A DNA stretch of 20,000 nucleotides, taken from an uncultured virus (IMG/VR IMGVR_UViG_3300021511_000004) (taxonomy: Duplodnaviria > Heunggongvirae > Uroviricota > Caudoviricetes). The notes below the pieces were generated by a model that saw only the letters and a program-made list of their open reading frames with translations, searched no databases and had not been told where the DNA came from. A program made the translations under genes and the position numbers. Positions 15,391 to 20,000 of this stretch are shown one piece after another. Numbering within the stretch: the stretch's first letter is position 1; every line of letters begins with the position of its first letter. The stretch lies in IMG/VR virus record IMGVR_UViG_3300021511_000004; one strand, given 5' to 3'.

Positions 15391-15409
15391 TTAGAACAAA
15401 TTTTAAAAT
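15391..15409 (+). promoter_or_regulatory. GAACAAA-type putative phage promoter upstream of the head module
   Basis: TTAGAACAAATTTTAAAAT in the 103-nt intergenic region. Confidence 0.5.
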
Positions 15410-15463
15410 GTCAAGATGTTATGGAATTAATTTATTACTATCCTAACAGGAGGAAATATTAAG

Positions 15464-16477
15464 ATGAGTACGAAAAAATCATACATGAGCTTATTAAAAG
15501 AAGCCATCGCTGAGTTTGATACCAGTGATAATCTCGAAGTAAAGGGACCGATGCTCGACCCGATTTTGTCGTGGGACGGTGGCGGAGAACTTCCCATTTA
15601 TAAGGATGCTGCTAGTATCCTTGAAAGGTATTACTTCGAAGAAAACAACGATGATGGTGTTAATGTTATGGACGAAGGTTCAGAACTAGAAGCTGCTTAT
15701 CAAAATGATAAGGGATCAGCGTCCGGAGAAGCAATGAAAAATACTAAAGGCACAGGTACTGAACAAGCTGGTACAAGTGATGCCGCAGGCATTATAGCTT
15801 CAAAAGATGAAAAAGCTAAAGACATCGCTAAAGAAGACGTTCAAGTAGAAAAAGAAGAAAAAGAGGAAAAAGAGGAAGAAAAAGAAGTTTCTGAAGATCT
15901 AAAAATGGAAAATGCTATTATTGAAAAACTGATTTCAGAAATGGAAGATGAAGAAAAAGAAGATGAAGACAAGGAAGATAAAGAAAAAGTTGATGAAGCT
16001 GAAGTCATGAATTATACTGGCGACGGCCCAAAAGAAGAAGCTCCAAAAGAAAAGAAAGCATCAGGATCAGAGGAAGATACACAAGGTGCCGGAACTAATC
16101 AAGCAGGCACAGGTGGTGATGAAAAACAACTTCCGGATAGAAAAGATGATCATAATACAGCAGTAAAAGCTAAAGAGTATACTGATGAAAATACTATGAT
16201 CGAAGCAGCTCTAGCAGAGCTAGAATCTGAAATTTCCGAGCAAGATGCACCTCCAGCAGAACCAGAAGTTCCTGAGGAAGAAGAAAAGGAACTTGATGTT
16301 GATAAAGAAATGGCTAAAGAACAAGCACCGCCACCACCAAGTGCTGTTCCTGGTGGACCTGCTCCAGATAAAGAAGATAAAGACGAAGAGGTTTATGAAG
16401 AAGCCTTTAAACTCTTTAAAGAAGCAATAAAGGAGCAAGACGAAGAAGAAGAAGACAAAGACAAAGAAGAAGAATAA
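15464..16477 (+). CDS. Highly acidic low-complexity protein, probable prohead core/scaffold or internal head protein
   Basis: Very E/D/K-rich; repeated GxGTxQAGT; many L/I-x-E motifs; AGGAGG RBS; upstream of the portal. Confidence 0.55.
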   Translation: MSTKKSYMSLLKEAIAEFDTSDNLEVKGPMLDPILSWDGGGELPIYKDAASILERYYFEENNDDGVNVMDEGSELEAAYQNDKGSASGEAMKNTKGTGTEQAGTSDAAGIIASKDEKAKDIAKEDVQVEKEEKEEKEEEKEVSEDLKMENAIIEKLISEMEDEEKEDEDKEDKEKVDEAEVMNYTGDGPKEEAPKEKKASGSEEDTQGAGTNQAGTGGDEKQLPDRKDDHNTAVKAKEYTDENTMIEAALAELESEISEQDAPPAEPEVPEEEEKELDVDKEMAKEQAPPPPSAVPGGPAPDKEDKDEEVYEEAFKLFKEAIKEQDEEEEDKDKEEE

Positions 16478-16497
16478 TTAGTCTTTCTAAATAATTA

Positions 16498-16535
16498 GTT
16501 GAGTGGGTACAAAAGTATCCGCTCAACATTTAATT
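16498..16535 (+). terminator. Stem-loop after the acidic protein gene (terminator or stabiliser)
   Basis: GTTGAGTGGGTAC-AAAA-GTATCCGCTCAAC is a 13-bp stem with two G-U pairs (favours the + strand), followed by ATTTAATT. Confidence 0.65.
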
Positions 16536-16553
16536 GTAAATGAAGGAGCGAAA

Positions 16554-16874
16554 ATGGAGAATGATTTGACTTATAGAGTAAAAGTATTTACGCCTAATTC
16601 TTTTCTTATATTTAGAGGAAAAAAGTTACGAACTCCAGTTGAATGTCGTAATGTTTTTGAAAAAGAGTTACCTGTTCTTAAACTACAAATTAAAAGAGAC
16701 TCTTTAAAATATGAGATTATAAGAGAAGTAGATATAACAGAGGAAGATGTTGAAGCTTTAGTAGTTGAAAAGCGTGACAAAGATGTAAAAGTTGAAGAGT
16801 TGTACGATCCTGATGTTGATTCCAATTCAATTATGGATCGACTTATAGCAGAAGAAAAGGTATCAGAGAAATGA
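16554..16874 (+). CDS. Hypothetical protein
   Basis: Start moved to ATG 16554 (AAGGAG RBS 16543-16548); the GTG at 16503 lies inside the hairpin. Confidence 0.7.
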   Translation: MENDLTYRVKVFTPNSFLIFRGKKLRTPVECRNVFEKELPVLKLQIKRDSLKYEIIREVDITEEDVEALVVEKRDKDVKVEELYDPDVDSNSIMDRLIAEEKVSEK

Positions 16875-17161
16875 GAAAGATAACTATTTATCAAAGTGAT
16901 GCACAAAATATTGAGATTCTTGATGATAGCGATGAATCAATGGATGATTACTGTAGCCGTCTATCAAAGCTAATGAAGATGGGTAATGTTGCTATTTTAA
17001 AGACCTCTACTTTTTCAGTTGTCCTTAGACCCAGTAAAGTTGTTGGAATCAAAGTTGAAGACAGTACAACTTCAGAAACAGAAACCCCACCTCTAGTAAT
17101 CAAGTCTAAGGAAATTGAAGTAAAACCAAAAGAAATTGAGGATATTATAACAGATGTTTGA
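16871..17161 (+). CDS. Hypothetical protein
   Basis: ATGA overlap with the upstream gene; operon-like packing. Confidence 0.7.
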   Translation: MRKITIYQSDAQNIEILDDSDESMDDYCSRLSKLMKMGNVAILKTSTFSVVLRPSKVVGIKVEDSTTSETETPPLVIKSKEIEVKPKEIEDIITDV

Positions 17162-17582
17162 TATATTAATTGTACCAGGTGTTATTATAATCCCTTTGGT
17201 TATATGTTTCTTTTTTGGTTTAAAAGCTATTTTGAATGATAAACAAAAAAATCGAATGATAAAAGATTTTACGGATTATATATCTGTATTACAATTTCAT
17301 ATGGAAAAAGCGTATGATATGATCCATAAAGATCGTGTTCTTGTTTATTCACTAGAAGCAACAAAAGTTCCAGAGGAACAGATTAATATCGCCTCAAAGG
17401 ACTTTATTACTTTAGTTCAAAAACTTATAGGACCAAGATTACTTAAAGAATTTGTTTTTCTTTATGGAAATTATGAAACATTTGCTTTTATACTAGCTGA
17501 ATATTTTAGTACAAGGTATGAAGATGACGAGATAAGAAAAACATCAATGAATGACATGATGGAATCTGATTCTGAGGGTTAA
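17154..17582 (+). CDS. Hypothetical protein with an N-terminal membrane anchor
   Basis: Hydrophobic ILIVPGVIIIPLVICFFFGL followed by a helical soluble region. Confidence 0.7.
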   Translation: MFDILIVPGVIIIPLVICFFFGLKAILNDKQKNRMIKDFTDYISVLQFHMEKAYDMIHKDRVLVYSLEATKVPEEQINIASKDFITLVQKLIGPRLLKEFVFLYGNYETFAFILAEYFSTRYEDDEIRKTSMNDMMESDSEG

Positions 17583-17584
17583 AA

Positions 17585-17824
17585 ATGATACTTAAAGACT
17601 ACCTTGATTATTTAGAAGAAAGACCGAAGAGGACCACCAGATCAACTATTTCACGCCAAACAAAAATTAAGAGAGCAACGGGTCAACTTGGAACTGCAAT
17701 GGCCAGAAAGAAAAAGGACCCTTTATATAAACGCATGGTTTATTTTAGGACAAACTATTTTAAGTATAGAGAAATGATTCGCAAAAAATACTCCCCAAGA
17801 GTTAGGAGTAAAGCAAGGAGATAA
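17585..17824 (+). CDS. Small basic protein, possible head or DNA-binding protein
   Basis: R/K-rich 79 aa with N-terminal LKDYLDYLEE, directly upstream of the portal. Confidence 0.65.
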   Translation: MILKDYLDYLEERPKRTTRSTISRQTKIKRATGQLGTAMARKKKDPLYKRMVYFRTNYFKYREMIRKKYSPRVRSKARR

Positions 17825-17826
17825 AT

Positions 17827-19767
17827 ATGCCGAGTATTGCTAATATACTCAATAAACTCAAGACAACAATTGTCCAAACACAGACAAAGAAAATTGATGA
17901 TAAACTTGACCAAGCTGTTAAGGATATTGTTGCATATAAAAGTCATTCAGGTAGAAACGGTTATATTGAGTTAGTCCGTAGTTTAGTTTCAAAGACTGCT
18001 GATATTAAAATTTCAGGAATTAGTGGCGGAGGCCTCTTCTCACAAGGTGTGAGTCCAACAGCCTTTGGACAAGGTTCTAGAATAATGAGGTATAAAGCGT
18101 ATCAAGCAATTGTATCTCAAATCAACTATGCTACAAGAGCGCTCAATGTTTTGGTTGATAATATTTTATCACCCGATGATATTACAAAACAAGCTCTTGA
18201 GGTAAAGCCAAAATTATTTCTAACTGATGAAGCACCAGTTGCATCTAAAGTTAGATATGTTAAAGAAGTTATAGAGCAAATCGACTTAGAACGAAGGTTA
18301 GATTTAATTGCCAGAAATACATTGTTATATGGAGATTTGTTTTGTGAGTTAGCTGGTCCAAAAACTGCATTAACTAGCCATTCACTTCTAACAGAAGGAA
18401 GTCAATATCGACAAACAATAAATGATCAATATGAATCTGGAGCCAGAGAACGAATTATTCACAATGTTGGAAAGAACAAATATGAATTTAATTTAGATTA
18501 CTCTGCTCTAACTGAAGCTGGAGCAGATACTCCAACACCAAAAACCAAGAAAAAAGAAAAACAAAAAAGAAAAACTTTAGCAAATCTACAATTAGTATTT
18601 CATGATCCTCAATTTGTTGTTAAACTTCAAAGTGCCATGTTTCCAATTTGTTTTGGTTATTTGATATTTCCTATACGAGCAGCTATGCCAGGTACAGCAT
18701 TAGCAGACGAAGCAATTAATAATATTTGTGTTTCAATTATAAAAAGTTTACAAGATAAAATTCCTCAAATGAAAGAATTTGAGGGTGATGCAGAATTAAA
18801 AGATATTCTTAGCGCTTTAGTTAGTAATGCTGATATTAATAAAGCTATGGATATTAGATATGTTCCACCGGATACAATGATTCATTTCATGGTACCAACA
18901 ACTAAATATTATCCATACGGAGAATCAATTTTTGATAGCACACAGTATGCTTCTAAAGTCTTTATATCTCTTGAAACTGCATTGGCTGTTCAAAGATTAT
19001 CAAGATCAACAGAGAAACGAAAAATTGCTATTGAAATTGGTTTGCCAAGAGATGCAAGAAAAGCTATTGAGTTAATGAAAGAAGAGTTTAGAAAAAGAAA
19101 AATCAGTCTTGATAGTTTTGGAACTGTTGATACAATTCCAAGTATGATTACAACTTTTGAAGATGTTTATATTCCTCAAAAAGATGGGAAATCATTTGTT
19201 GACATTTCAACATTCAATGAAGGAAATGTAGATGTCAGAAGTAAAGTAGATGAATTAAAATTTTTGAGAGACCAAATGGTATCTAGTTTGGGTGTTCCGC
19301 CTAGTTTTCTTGGTATTGAGGAAAATTTAAGCAATAAAGCAGCCCTTTCAGAAGAAAATATTTTGTTTGCTAGAACAGTCATTGGTCACCAAAAATATTT
19401 GACACATCAAATAACTGAGTTAATTCAAAAAGTTTTCGATATAATCGATCCAGAAGAAGCCCTTACAATATTAGACCATGTTGATGTTGCATTACCTATG
19501 CCTAGATCGTTACAATTTGAAAGAGAAGCTAGGTATATGAATGAACTTTCTACTCTAGTGGAAAATCTTGAAAGAATTGGAATTCCGAAAGAATACTCTA
19601 CACGCAAATATCTATCTCAAATTGATTGGGATGAAGTTAAGAAATATGATATTGACCAGAAAATTGATCAAACTCTTGATCCATCTAAGAAAGAAGATGA
19701 CGGAATGGGTGGAATGGGTGGAATGGGAGGTCTTGGGGGTGCAGGTGGATTCGGAGGTGGAATGTAA
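17827..19767 (+). CDS. Portal vertex protein (T4 gp20-like)
   Basis: YGESIFD, RSTEKRKIAIEIG, FEDVYIPQKDG, DELKFLRDQMVSSLGVPPSFL match the gp20 pattern (RAPERR..YIDVG, EDYWLP, L.VP.SRL); AAGGAG RBS. Confidence 0.85.
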   Translation: MPSIANILNKLKTTIVQTQTKKIDDKLDQAVKDIVAYKSHSGRNGYIELVRSLVSKTADIKISGISGGGLFSQGVSPTAFGQGSRIMRYKAYQAIVSQINYATRALNVLVDNILSPDDITKQALEVKPKLFLTDEAPVASKVRYVKEVIEQIDLERRLDLIARNTLLYGDLFCELAGPKTALTSHSLLTEGSQYRQTINDQYESGARERIIHNVGKNKYEFNLDYSALTEAGADTPTPKTKKKEKQKRKTLANLQLVFHDPQFVVKLQSAMFPICFGYLIFPIRAAMPGTALADEAINNICVSIIKSLQDKIPQMKEFEGDAELKDILSALVSNADINKAMDIRYVPPDTMIHFMVPTTKYYPYGESIFDSTQYASKVFISLETALAVQRLSRSTEKRKIAIEIGLPRDARKAIELMKEEFRKRKISLDSFGTVDTIPSMITTFEDVYIPQKDGKSFVDISTFNEGNVDVRSKVDELKFLRDQMVSSLGVPPSFLGIEENLSNKAALSEENILFARTVIGHQKYLTHQITELIQKVFDIIDPEEALTILDHVDVALPMPRSLQFEREARYMNELSTLVENLERIGIPKEYSTRKYLSQIDWDEVKKYDIDQKIDQTLDPSKKEDDGMGGMGGMGGLGGAGGFGGGM

Positions 19768-20000
19768 ATGCAATATAATACTTTTCTAAAACAATTTAAA
19801 GAGCTCATAGAGCAAACAACAAGATATACACCACCTAATCGTCGTGGAGATGGTGGTAATGATATGTACGTTGATTTTCCACATCTTGAAGATCCAGAAT
19901 CATTTATAACACACAGACCCCTTGAAACTGAACAAGCAGCTGCAATAGATCCAGAAGCAGCTGGGGCTAAAGCAGGCGCAGGCGAAGAAGCTGGTGCACC
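19768..20000 (+). CDS. Hypothetical protein, runs off the window end
   Basis: ATG 19768 directly after the portal stop, GGAGG upstream, open to the end (MQYNTFLKQFKELIEQ...). Not in the supplied ORF track. Confidence 0.7.
   Translation, partial: MQYNTFLKQFKELIEQTTRYTPPNRRGDGGNDMYVDFPHLEDPESFITHRPLETEQAAAIDPEAAGAKAGAGEEAGA

Noticed and set aside
17827..19767. GroEL, suggested by the GGM tail and nearby groES
   Set aside because: No GDGTTT or other chaperonin motifs; the body matches a gp20 portal.
1254..19789. Antisense or overlapping short ORFs (1254, 1473, 3448, 3793, 4127, 4260, 4989, 6283, 8249, 10810, 11333, 11779, 11937, 16220, 16245, 16571, 17755, 19176, 19425, 19568)
   Set aside because: They lie largely within well-supported genes on another frame or strand and have no recognisable motifs; they are best explained as shadow ORFs.
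1..20000. Stop-codon reassignment, CRISPR array or IS element
   Set aside because: Genes are full length and densely packed in the standard code with TAA, TAG and TGA all used as stops. No spaced direct repeats or transposase were seen.

Overview
AT-rich segment of a large T4-like (myovirus/jumbo-type) bacteriophage genome, using the standard genetic code. It holds a tRNA-Pro(UGG), an N-terminally truncated pncB, and a replication and nucleotide module: a family-4 uracil-DNA glycosylase fused to a family-B DNA polymerase, thymidylate synthase and a gp41/DnaB helicase. It also has host-like accessory genes (bS21, GroES, an HslV-like Ntn hydrolase, a TraR/DksA-type zinc finger, a half-size PnuC) and the start of a head module (acidic core/scaffold-like protein, gp20-like portal). 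Four signals stand out. (1) A probable 7-deazaguanine DNA-modification system (QueE plus a TGT/DpdA-fold protein) lies near a GT-B glycosyltransferase and a PIG-L deacetylase, suggesting a sugar-decorated base. The TGT-fold protein ends in the same VLTF* peptide as the polymerase, suggesting clamp-coupled modification. (2) A family of small DnaJ-type zinc-finger proteins, plus a tandem paralog pair, carry short pieces resembling virion proteins (major capsid, tail sheath). (3) A conserved bipartite promoter-like cassette sits in both divergent intergenic regions. (4) There is a kink-turn RNA hairpin in a 5' leader. All family assignments come from motif recognition by eye; no database search was run.
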